DNA from: a virus | IMG/VR virus record: IMGVR_UViG_3300044844_000428 | Strand: one strand, 5' to 3' | Length of the DNA: 64,000 nt | In this document: in pieces, positions 36,586 through 45,674 of the stretch | How positions within the stretch are numbered: the stretch's first letter is position 1 | Layout: each line of letters opens with the position of its first letter | Translations under genes and position numbers: made by a program | The notes under the pieces: model-generated | Database searches by the model: none | Seen by the model: only the letters and a program-made list of their open reading frames with translations | What the model was told of the DNA's origin: nothing

Positions 36586-38277
36586 TCAGAAATTCATCAT
36601 GATTTCTTTATCTGATTCATTCCCATCATTCAACCAACCAGTAGGCACCATCTGTTCATCTATAAGTTTCATTCTATCTTCATAGATTGACTTTCTCATA
36701 TCAATGTTATTAAGTGCAGTAAAATATGGATCTGTAGTTAACCATGCAAAAAGGACCAATGTCATGACAAGATCATCGTGATATCCATCATCGGCTGCAT
36801 AAGAACCTTTCGATTCGATAAACGTCGAGAATTCTGCAATGATATCAGCATCATATACTAATAGTTTATTTTCTTCTATTAGTGTTTTAAGATTATTACA
36901 ACCTATTCTCTTTATTTTCTTATCAGTATTGACACCTAATCTTGATTGCCCACCAAAGCCACCGGAAATACATTGACCTTTGGAATTTCTTCCAACTGAT
37001 AGTATATTTTCATATTCAAGATCTGCATGGAGAATATAACTAACTTGTTCAGAACTATTTATCTCCATAAGTACAAATGCTTCATTATAGTCATTAGCAA
37101 TTTTATAGATGACATTTGGATATAGAAGTGGACTTATGTTATTATCTCTATATTTTGCCACAACTTTATATGGAAGTTGGGTAACATCTATAACTGTAAA
37201 TGCTGAATAGTCACCACCAACACCTTTTGATGTATCCACAACCATAACATAACTATGGAATTGTATTGGATATTCAATAATGTCTAATCCATTATTGGAG
37301 TGTATATAAGAAATAGGTCTCATTTTGGACATTACATCACTACCAATAAGTGTATAAGATGAACCCAGAAAGTGCATCAAAACTTCTTGGTTGTACTTAA
37401 TTTCACCTAAAAGTTGTTTCTGTTTGGCTGCCCATACTTCATTATGTAAAGGATGTTCCCAGTATTCAACTCGTTTATGAATAAATCCATTTATATTTCG
37501 TTCTGCTTCATCCCACATCTTCCAAAAATGGTTGAAACCAATTGGTGTTGATGTTATAATAACCTTTGAAGATTCACCAGATGAGATTGTAGGATAAGTT
37601 GAAGCAAAGAATTCTTCAGCTACTGTGCCAGGTACGCTGGACAGTTCATCAAGATATAATAGGTTAACTGACTTTCCCCTAATTCCAGACGCAGTCGTGG
37701 CAGCAATAAATGCTTTGCTTTTGTTCTCTAGAGCTACTGAACCTTTATTCCATTCGACAACACCCTGTTGAAGCCATATTGGAAGTTCTTCATACATAAG
37801 TTGAAACCGTGCCATAACTTCACGAGCAGCAGCAACTTTGTTACCCAACATAGCTACATTTTTACTTTCATTGAATACACAATACCAGACAAGATAAGCG
37901 GCAACCGTGGTTGTATTATGAGATAGAATGTCATTAGTATAGAATGTATGTTTATCGGAATCTATAGATAAGTCATACATATTTTCAGAATATCCCAAAT
38001 TATCTAATCGGATGACTTTAGAGTTTCCTAACTTAGTTCTTATATGACAACCTAATGAATTCTTGGCAAATATTTCGTTATAATCGGAATCGATGAGAAT
38101 GTGTGTATCTGCGCATTTAAGACGTAATCCAGTATCTAATATTATTTCATATACTTCATATTCTATAGTTTTATTGGATGATAGTATATCAACAAAACCA
38201 TCTTCAGTTTCAACTTCCCAATCCGAAACATTGATGGATTCTACGAATTTTCTAGTTACATTATCAGAAAGACTCAT
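36586..38277 (-). CDS. 17: Split-intein C fragment (121 aa) fused to C-terminal part of large terminase gp17
   Basis: LKCADTH block B, MYDL block F, ILSHN|T junction; then TTTVAAY, IRGKS.NLLYLDE, STP.G.NHF, HDDLVM. Confidence 0.95.
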   Translation of the reverse strand: MSLSDNVTRKFVESINVSDWEVETEDGFVDILSSNKTIEYEVYEIILDTGLRLKCADTHILIDSDYNEIFAKNSLGCHIRTKLGNSKVIRLDNLGYSENMYDLSIDSDKHTFYTNDILSHNTTTVAAYLVWYCVFNESKNVAMLGNKVAAAREVMARFQLMYEELPIWLQQGVVEWNKGSVALENKSKAFIAATTASGIRGKSVNLLYLDELSSVPGTVAEEFFASTYPTISSGESSKVIITSTPIGFNHFWKMWDEAERNINGFIHKRVEYWEHPLHNEVWAAKQKQLLGEIKYNQEVLMHFLGSSYTLIGSDVMSKMRPISYIHSNNGLDIIEYPIQFHSYVMVVDTSKGVGGDYSAFTVIDVTQLPYKVVAKYRDNNISPLLYPNVIYKIANDYNEAFVLMEINSSEQVSYILHADLEYENILSVGRNSKGQCISGGFGGQSRLGVNTDKKIKRIGCNNLKTLIEENKLLVYDADIIAEFSTFIESKGSYAADDGYHDDLVMTLVLFAWLTTDPYFTALNNIDMRKSIYEDRMKLIDEQMVPTGWLNDGNESDKEIMMNF

Positions 38278-39341
38278 CTTTTATAGGTTTCCTTAAAAAG
38301 ATTCTCACAGTACTCTTTAGATGAAAGATTATTATATTTTGCCATAAGATTAGAAATATCAGATTCTTCAATAACTTCTGTCCAACCAAAACTACCATAA
38401 TCATTTTTGCGTATAGTGTCTTTGTAATCAAATTTTAATATTTGTTCTATGTAAAAAGCGTGCTTAATAGAATCAACTGCTTCAAATAATAAAACTTTGT
38501 ATTTCGACAGATATTCTTTATGATATCTATGATATATTGTCGGTTTTGAGGTTATTCCAATCTTATATTTATTTTCAGAAATCTGAATGATATAAAAACT
38601 GCCAGGATCAGTAAGATCTTTATTCCATAAAGATTTAAAATTTATCTTTGTAGATTTACTTCTATTTATAGATTCAATCTCATCTGGTGATTTACTCAAT
38701 AGTGTCTTTTGCCAATTCAACTGTCTTTCAGTCCAGATTTCCCGACCTCTGTTTTTGCCATGTTTAGCAATACATATTTCCAAACTAAAAGTTCTCTGTC
38801 TATCTGACAAGGAAGTATTTGCTTCTTCAACAGTCATACCTCGAGAAGTGTAATATTCTATCTTAGTGTTATCATTATTGTTTATATTCTTAGTGACAAC
38901 CCCCTTTTTCTTAGTGTTAGTTATTCTTTCTAACATCTCATTCTCGGGGAGTTCATTATATTTTATAAATTTCTCACTAAAAGGCGATAATTTTCCTCCA
39001 TGATTATGCCAGGGATTATTATCGCCTTTCATCTTATCTATTGCCTTTTGACTGTGAACTGGACCATATTTTGTTATATACTCGCCAGGAGTCATATCAT
39101 GGGACAATGGATGAGTGCCAAGATTATATGATCTGAATCCACATAATGCGCATTCACTATAATTATAGGGATCAGAACCATCAGGATATTTTAGTAAAGA
39201 TTTCTTGGCTTTCATCGCGCGATAATTTCTTGTTTGATATTTTGATTTGCAATTATCTGAACAGAATTTTGCATTATGATGGCGTGGTATAAATACATCA
39301 TCACATTCTTTGCATTTTATGGAATTCTTCAGCAGTGACAT
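38274..39341 (-). mobile_element. Free-standing endonuclease between split-intein halves (Zn ribbons + C-terminal GIY-YIG/T5orf172-like domain)
   Basis: CKEC..FCS..C, CALC..H, FYIIQ...YKIGIT...R...E. Confidence 0.72.
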
Positions 39342-39654
39342 TTAAGGTTTCTCCAGTTTTTTTATTTCGTACCTTATATATCGTTTCTTTGCCGACACAC
39401 TTCCCATGCTGTCTCGGAAACATCCCAATTGATCTAGAATTGTTATGAATGGTATTGATAAAATCTATTTGGTAATCAAATAGTTCAAATGGAACTAATC
39501 CATAATCAAGAGTAATGATTTTTATGTAAGTTCTTATGAAATATATGGGGTCGGATTTGCATTTTACATATTCTTGGACTTGGTATTCCGTATAATCGAC
39601 AGAAACACCAATAGATTTTAGGTTTGGATTTGAATTGTATGTCAAAGAAGCCAT
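39301..39654 (-). CDS. 17: N-terminal part of large terminase gp17 (85 aa) fused to 32-aa split-intein N fragment
   Basis: NPNLK, DPIYF..YIKI, LFDYQ, PRQHGK|CVGKET. Confidence 0.95.
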   Translation of the reverse strand: MASLTYNSNPNLKSIGVSVDYTEYQVQEYVKCKSDPIYFIRTYIKIITLDYGLVPFELFDYQIDFINTIHNNSRSIGMFPRQHGKCVGKETIYKVRNKKTGETLNVTAEEFHKMQRM

Positions 39655-39662
39655 AATTAGTG

Positions 39663-39691
39663 TTTACTTTTTCGTATAAATAAGATATAAT
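39663..39691 (+). promoter_or_regulatory. Nested early (TTTACT-N17-TATAAT) and late (TATAAATA 39675-39682) promoters facing the non-coding locus
   Basis: Both consensus motifs exact. Confidence 0.8.
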
Positions 39692-39697
39692 TATCAC

Positions 39698-39985
39698 ATA
39701 GCCTATATAATTACTGGACAATGGGACACCAGTTGCATGAGCAGGAACCTACCCCTGCCAGATGAGGATCGGGAATTTTCCTGTACCCTGTAGTAGCCAA
39801 TCTACAAATACGTCTGCCGTTATAGCAAAACTTGCAATGCAGACATGGACGATAAAGTTCAATATTATTCGCAGGTCGGATGTTTCTTTATCAGAATTCC
39901 AGTTTTTGCATCGGACCTACACGGCGCAGTTTATATAAACCATCAATGTAGGGCTGGAAAAATACCAAATAATCTAGTAGTCAAG
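39698..39985 (+). ncRNA. Candidate ~290-nt multi-stem, pseudoknotted non-coding RNA
   Basis: At least 7 stems, two long-range pairings, G-U pairs only on + strand, elevated GC, no ORF. Confidence 0.65.
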
Positions 39986-40102
39986 TGGTTGCGAACGCAG
40001 TGAGCAATCCACCATTCGTGAACGCAGTGAGCGAATTAAAAGGTCAATATTAGTATTAATCTGTTCAACCATTCACTGCGTTCATGGTTGCGAGCAAGCT
40101 CG
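39985..40102. repeat. Three hairpins sharing the 11-mer GAACGCAGTGA (two direct, one inverted)
   Basis: 39993-40003, 40020-40030, reverse complement 40073-40083, each closed by a different stem. Confidence 0.9.
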
Positions 40103-40112
40103 TGTATCAACA

Positions 40113-40838
40113 TTAGAATCCAGTTGGTGTATTATTTGACCATGTATCTATTATAAAAGTATCAGGTACATTAGATTTAACAAAATAATCCAATGGTTGA
40201 TTTGGTAAAGTAACATTGGCTTTCTTGATAACACCAGATGAAGTAATGGATCCAAATATATTTACTTTCATGGTAAAGTTAAATGTATAAATTATTTCCC
40301 GTCTTGATTGAAAATCACCATCATAAGAATCCTGGAAACTTACATTATTCAAGATGATTGGTACATCGTTTACTATATTCAAGTCTGGAATAGCATTAAT
40401 CGATAGTGTATAATCTGGTGTAAAGACTGGCAAGATTTGTTCAACTACTGCTAATGCATCTTCTGTTGTTTTGGTTAAAAGACTTAATTCTATATCCAGA
40501 TTGTATGGAACGGGACTGAATTGAGTTTTTAAAGTAGTTTGGTCATAACTAGCAATCTTGGTCATCTTGTTGGATTTTCTTGAGGCATCGTAAGTATAAC
40601 CAACAATTTCAAATGCCATTCTAGGAAGAATAGTATTGACGTTATTTTCCAGGTTTGGATCTTGTTCCAATCTAACTAGCCATTTTTCTTTTGGACCATA
40701 AGCAATTGGTACATTGATGGTTTGTAATACAGCACCTGCTTCATCCATTCGCTCGATCTGGATTTCTGAAAACATCCGTCCGAATGCTACAATTGCTTTC
40801 TTTATAATGCCAAAATAATATGGAGGATTGTTTAGCAT
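40113..40838 (-). CDS. 15: Tail sheath stabilizer/terminator gp15
   Basis: AFG..F..I, VPIAYGPKEKW, LPRM.FE, PVPYN, EQILP.F.P. Confidence 0.95.
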   Translation of the reverse strand: MLNNPPYYFGIIKKAIVAFGRMFSEIQIERMDEAGAVLQTINVPIAYGPKEKWLVRLEQDPNLENNVNTILPRMAFEIVGYTYDASRKSNKMTKIASYDQTTLKTQFSPVPYNLDIELSLLTKTTEDALAVVEQILPVFTPDYTLSINAIPDLNIVNDVPIILNNVSFQDSYDGDFQSRREIIYTFNFTMKVNIFGSITSSGVIKKANVTLPNQPLDYFVKSNVPDTFIIDTWSNNTPTGF

Positions 40839-41491
40839 TATAGTTCACCGAATGGATTTGTTTCTGAAAAGATAACATCAGTTGCTTTATCTATAAATTT
40901 AGAATTATCGCCATAGGATTGTTGATCGTCTGTATTAGGATTAACTGTAATGTCGAATGACTTTAATGTCTCAAATGCATCAATAGTATCATCTCCAGTA
41001 TTAATATATTCTGAAGAATACGAATATAATTCAATTTGGAGTTTGTAAACATAAAGTTTTCCAATTTGATAGAACGGATCCTGATGTTGAACAAACTTGA
41101 TTTCGAACAATCCTTTTGTTAATGGAAAGTAAATCAAATCGCCTTCACAAGGTCTATTTGGAAGAATGGTATCTTCGTATATTCCAATCAGTTGTTCCCA
41201 ACGCTTTCTAGCAATTACTAGAGTAGCAGACTGTTCAACCATAAGACCAAACTTTTGGATGAATGACCCTTGACCTTCAAAGTTATCTATGTTCTCAAAG
41301 TATGCTTCTATTGGATATTGACTATTGAATTGCGATAATCTATCCTCACCAAGTATTTCATCTTTAGCAATCAAAGTTCTTGGAATGTATCTAACATCCT
41401 GACCATAAATCTTTAAAGATTCGATGATAATATCCTCCCAAACATTCTGTTCGGAAGTAGTACCCATTGTAAAATATTTATTCCGTGGCAT
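40838..41491 (-). CDS. 14: Neck protein gp14
   Basis: IYG..V.YIPR, RP.EGDLIYFP, PFYQ.GK, NPFG. Confidence 0.95.
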   Translation of the reverse strand: MPRNKYFTMGTTSEQNVWEDIIIESLKIYGQDVRYIPRTLIAKDEILGEDRLSQFNSQYPIEAYFENIDNFEGQGSFIQKFGLMVEQSATLVIARKRWEQLIGIYEDTILPNRPCEGDLIYFPLTKGLFEIKFVQHQDPFYQIGKLYVYKLQIELYSYSSEYINTGDDTIDAFETLKSFDITVNPNTDDQQSYGDNSKFIDKATDVIFSETNPFGEL

Positions 41492-41495
41492 AGTA

Positions 41496-42458
41496 TCAGC
41501 CCATAAACCATGAGAGTGGAGCTGCTAATGTTATTAATTCATCTTCAAGATCTTTAATTTCTTGCATTGCCATATCGTACATGCCTTGACCATCAATAGA
41601 AACCCCGCCAGGTAACAACATTCCGGAAAATTTAGATAAATTCTGTCCCCATTGTCTACGAAATAAAGCAGTCACATAATGTTTCAACCATCTTTCATTC
41701 CAAACATTAGCAAATTCAGCAGGATCCAATGCTCTATAGCATTCTGCAATAACATATGTCCCTAAAGTAACATCAGTTTCCCAATTGAGGTCCAAATGTA
41801 ATCTGCCTTGGTATCTGTTGAATCTTATCGACGGTGCTCTATTCAACACAAAAGACATCAAATCAAGATAACTCATAGCAGTAGTATAGTAAATCATTGA
41901 TGTGGAAGTCAAGTCATGTAAATCATTTAATCGTAGTTGGTACTGAAGATTGAAAATAGTATTGGTCGATGTCGTACTATTGCTGATGGGTAGAATATTA
42001 GTAATACCATAAACCAAATCGGGAATCTCAATATACTTGTTATCATATACGCCAAGAACACAAGATACTATAGTTGTGTCGTATCCCGATTTTGAACCAA
42101 CAATGTGTTCACCTGGTACGAATGTGCCTTTAACCATTTTGGTCATTAGACTAGCACCAGAAGATGATTCGAAGATTTCTGTAGCAACTTCAGCGGTAGC
42201 ACCAGAAGTTAATCCAGTAACAGTTTCACCTACAGTAAAAGAAGTAGCAGTCTGTGTAGTTAATGTTATGATTGATGCTGAAATCTTGTGTTTCATATAG
42301 AGTTTTTCAACCCCATCTGGATGATACTGTCTCCAGTATTCCAATGCTTCGTCTAATCTATCTTCTAACTGGTCATCATCAACATTCACTTCAAGTACAG
42401 GGGCGCCTAATGCACGAAGGCAATATTGTTTAAGTTGTTCTCTACTATGTGTTGCCAT
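41496..42458 (-). CDS. 13: Neck protein gp13 (with inserted beta module)
   Basis: YCLR.LG.PV..VNVDD.Q, WLK.Y.TAL...QWG.NL.KF.G..LPGG. Confidence 0.95.
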   Translation of the reverse strand: MATHSREQLKQYCLRALGAPVLEVNVDDDQLEDRLDEALEYWRQYHPDGVEKLYMKHKISASIITLTTQTATSFTVGETVTGLTSGATAEVATEIFESSSGASLMTKMVKGTFVPGEHIVGSKSGYDTTIVSCVLGVYDNKYIEIPDLVYGITNILPISNSTTSTNTIFNLQYQLRLNDLHDLTSTSMIYYTTAMSYLDLMSFVLNRAPSIRFNRYQGRLHLDLNWETDVTLGTYVIAECYRALDPAEFANVWNERWLKHYVTALFRRQWGQNLSKFSGMLLPGGVSIDGQGMYDMAMQEIKDLEDELITLAAPLSWFMG

Positions 42459-42460
42459 TC

Positions 42461-42766
42461 TTATACTCTCTTTCTAACATCAAGTCTTATCAAATCTTTA
42501 CAAGTAAGAGTTTGAGTAGTTGAAGTGTTTGTTAATACTACATCAAAAGACATTGTTCCAGCAGTTAATTCATTTGCTATAAAAATGTACCGGACTATGC
42601 CATTAATATTATCGACCTTCTGCATAAGTTTAGATTGAAGAATTTTATTTTTTCTCCACTGTAAAGTAGCAGTATAATCTGTTAGATCGATAGGATCGAA
42701 GTTATTTGAATCTACACAAGTAAATTCTATAGCACTTCCTGTGTCGCCTTCTACAAAATCCGTCAT
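42461..42766 (-). CDS. BppU N-terminal-like Ig-fold protein
   Basis: GDT, PIDLT, G.VRY pattern. Confidence 0.55.
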   Translation of the reverse strand: MTDFVEGDTGSAIEFTCVDSNNFDPIDLTDYTATLQWRKNKILQSKLMQKVDNINGIVRYIFIANELTAGTMSFDVVLTNTSTTQTLTCKDLIRLDVRKRV

Positions 42767-45579
42767 GTAAATTTACCTTTTATTCTATGAGTTTCAATAA
42801 ACTGTAGTGAATCTTTATTGTTATGTACAGTAACAAATTGCAATGCTGTTTGTCCAATATGAGACTGAACAAACTGAACATTTCCAAGATGTTTGATGTA
42901 TAGTGGCTGAGTAGTTTTTACTATTGATACTGAACCTGTACCTAACACTCCAGATAATACAGTATCTCTTGTGATTGATAAACTATTTATACTGTTGGAT
43001 AATTGATTACCTGATACTGATATTTCTTTGGTAATTGATATCGAATCTAAAGTGATTGTGCTAGTAACACTGGATAGTCCAATAGTTTTATCTTTTCCAT
43101 AATCACTAGACTGGGTATTACATTGAACGCCATTAAGATCAATTAACAGTGATTTTGTGCAAGAATTTATTTGAGTACTAGAATAATTTCCGCTTATTCC
43201 AATAGTAATATTGTTCGATTCTTGACTAATACTGATATTAGATTGAACACCGGTAAGGTTTACAGTAGATGAACTTGTAATTCCAAATGTGCCAACATTA
43301 GTATTTGCTGTTACTTTTGATAATGGGTTAGATAATATTTTTACAACTGAACCGATATTACTAGAAGAAACTATATCAGTAATTGCTATCAAATAGTCGT
43401 CAGTAGTTCCAATATATCCTGCAATAGACGTACCAGCATTTCCTATTAATCCAACTGTAATGGATTTGGATACAGAACCAATATTAATACTAGTTGATAC
43501 TGATGATGGTTGTACAGATTTAATAACTAATGCTGTTCCAATAGAACCAGATGCTGATGTTCCTGTTATACCTTTTGTTCTAGTATTAGATAAGGTACCA
43601 ACATAAGAAGTAATACTAGAACCAAATAATGCATTATTAGTAAATGATGGTTCGTTTCCTATACTACCAGAAGCATAGTTTCCAGATAATGAAGTTGAAC
43701 CAGATTTAGTATAATCAAGTTGGCCAATATTAGTAGCAATTTGGTTACCAGAAGAACCTGATGATGTTACCGGTAATAAAGTTCCTGTTGATATACTAGA
43801 ACTATTACCAGATATTGCTATTACTGAACTATAAGATGGAGAATTTACTTCACCTAATAGTTGATTACCAGCAAGAGATGCTCTTCCAGTTTGTACTGCA
43901 GTTAAATTACCAACTGAAGTACTCGATGTGTTTTTAGTGACAGCAGTTGTGCTTGATACTGAAAGAGAACCAGTTTCAGTTGTACTAATAGCACTGGTCA
44001 ATCCAACGATGATATTATTAGGTTCGGTTCCTATTGATGTGGAACCAGTATTACCTGTAAGATTACTTGAACTTATAGCACTGATAGAACCAATATTAGT
44101 ATTGGACTGGATACTAGTAATCGATAGTGTGTTATAAGAAGAAACGGAATCAATATTAGTTGATGTTTGAACACCGGATGTGGATAAATCTATAGTATAA
44201 GACAGATTACCAATATCTGATGCTAATGCATTTCCACTAGTTGTTAGTATATGATTATTAGGTTCAGTACCGACTGAGGAAGAACCAGTATTACCAGCAA
44301 CATTTGTTTCTATAGAATAAACAACAGAACCAATTGAACTTATTAAACTAGTAGATAATATTTCCGAAGAAATTGTGCTAGTAAGATTACTTGTGCTGAT
44401 GGTAGAATTTAATCCACTCAAACTCAAGGTCAATTCTGTATTAGGATTATTCAATTCTGAAGTAATTGAATTTCCTGTTGTTGCTACTTCAAGATAAGAA
44501 TTTGTATTACCAACATTTGCACTAATAGAATTATTAGTTATAGGTGCAGTAGTGCTGTTAGGTTCTGTACCTAATGCAAATGTTCCTGTGTTACCTATTA
44601 CACCATAAGAACGGGCATGGTTTACTGAACCAACATCTGTAGTGCTAGTTACTGAAGTAATTTCTGACGATACTACAGAAGAAACTGAATTTAGTTGGCT
44701 TGATGCAGATACTGATGATAATCCGATAGTTATATTGGATAACGTATTACCAACATAAGATTGAATTTCATTGGCAGTTAGTAATACCGAACTGAATGTA
44801 GTTGATGAACCAACAGAAGTGCTACCTGTTACATTAGTAACTGATAGTGTAGTATTATTAGGTTCAGTTCCTATTACAAATGTTCCTATATTACCAGTTA
44901 ATGCAATGGTTGTAGCATTGGCAATAGAACCAATTGAAATCGATGAAACAACACCACTAGTTGTCAGTATATGATTATTAGGTTCTGTACCAACTGAAGA
45001 AGAACCTGTATTGCCTTGTAATGAAACTGTAGTTGATTCTAATACGGAACCCGAAGCACCAGTTCCAGATAAACCAGACAATGAGGTTGAAATATAACCA
45101 ACAACGGAATTGATACTAGAAGTGGCATAATTTCCAGATGATGTAACTGTATTGGATATTAATACTGAACCAATAGAGTTTGTTCCTTGGTTACCAATAT
45201 TTGCTGTAGTAGATGATGGTAATACTGAACCAATCGAACTAGAAGATGATGTTCCTGATATAGCAATACTGACATTAGAAACTGTTGTTCCTATACTACC
45301 AGAAGAAGTTACATTTAGAGTAGATATTGCGTGATTATTAGGTTCTGTTCCAACAGAAGTAGTTGCAGTATTACCGGTAAGACTAACGCCACCAGAAACT
45401 GTATAACCAAATGAACCTAAAGAAGAAGTGGCAGAAGTGCCTGAAGTAGATACTGAAAGATTGACGTAAGCTATTGAAGAAACGAAACCCGTACCAAGGG
45501 TAATATATCCTGGTACGGTATAATCGAGTGCTATCCAATCACTAGCATAATAAGATGAATTGTTAGATATAATAGCCAT
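42763..45579 (-). CDS. Ser/Thr/Gly-rich repetitive fibre-like virion protein
   Basis: ~21-aa periodicity, recurring GTEPNN motif. Confidence 0.7.
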   Translation of the reverse strand: MAIISNNSSYYASDWIALDYTVPGYITLGTGFVSSIAYVNLSVSTSGTSATSSLGSFGYTVSGGVSLTGNTATTSVGTEPNNHAISTLNVTSSGSIGTTVSNVSIAISGTSSSSSIGSVLPSSTTANIGNQGTNSIGSVLISNTVTSSGNYATSSINSVVGYISTSLSGLSGTGASGSVLESTTVSLQGNTGSSSVGTEPNNHILTTSGVVSSISIGSIANATTIALTGNIGTFVIGTEPNNTTLSVTNVTGSTSVGSSTTFSSVLLTANEIQSYVGNTLSNITIGLSSVSASSQLNSVSSVVSSEITSVTSTTDVGSVNHARSYGVIGNTGTFALGTEPNSTTAPITNNSISANVGNTNSYLEVATTGNSITSELNNPNTELTLSLSGLNSTISTSNLTSTISSEILSTSLISSIGSVVYSIETNVAGNTGSSSVGTEPNNHILTTSGNALASDIGNLSYTIDLSTSGVQTSTNIDSVSSYNTLSITSIQSNTNIGSISAISSSNLTGNTGSTSIGTEPNNIIVGLTSAISTTETGSLSVSSTTAVTKNTSSTSVGNLTAVQTGRASLAGNQLLGEVNSPSYSSVIAISGNSSSISTGTLLPVTSSGSSGNQIATNIGQLDYTKSGSTSLSGNYASGSIGNEPSFTNNALFGSSITSYVGTLSNTRTKGITGTSASGSIGTALVIKSVQPSSVSTSINIGSVSKSITVGLIGNAGTSIAGYIGTTDDYLIAITDIVSSSNIGSVVKILSNPLSKVTANTNVGTFGITSSSTVNLTGVQSNISISQESNNITIGISGNYSSTQINSCTKSLLIDLNGVQCNTQSSDYGKDKTIGLSSVTSTITLDSISITKEISVSGNQLSNSINSLSITRDTVLSGVLGTGSVSIVKTTQPLYIKHLGNVQFVQSHIGQTALQFVTVHNNKDSLQFIETHRIKGKFT

Positions 45580-45674
45580 TAACTTGTCAGTATCCTTTGC
45601 AAGTAGTTAAACCAAAACTTATATCATAGCAATTATCTAATTCTCTATAATAATATAAGATTTATAGTTATTTA

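Noticed and set aside
38274-39341. Group I intron or frameshift explaining the split gene 17
   Set aside because: No non-coding room for a ribozyme (ORFs overlap on both sides); both halves carry complementary intein motifs
39506-39721. 71-aa ORF as possible gp16
   Set aside because: Out-of-frame overlap with gene 17 N-part, TTG start, no gp16-like helical/acidic character
39698-40102. Group I intron, tmRNA, RNase P or CRISPR reading of the non-coding locus
   Set aside because: No recognisable P7/S core, tRNA-like ends or RNase P motifs; repeats are only 11 nt, one inverted, without regular spacers
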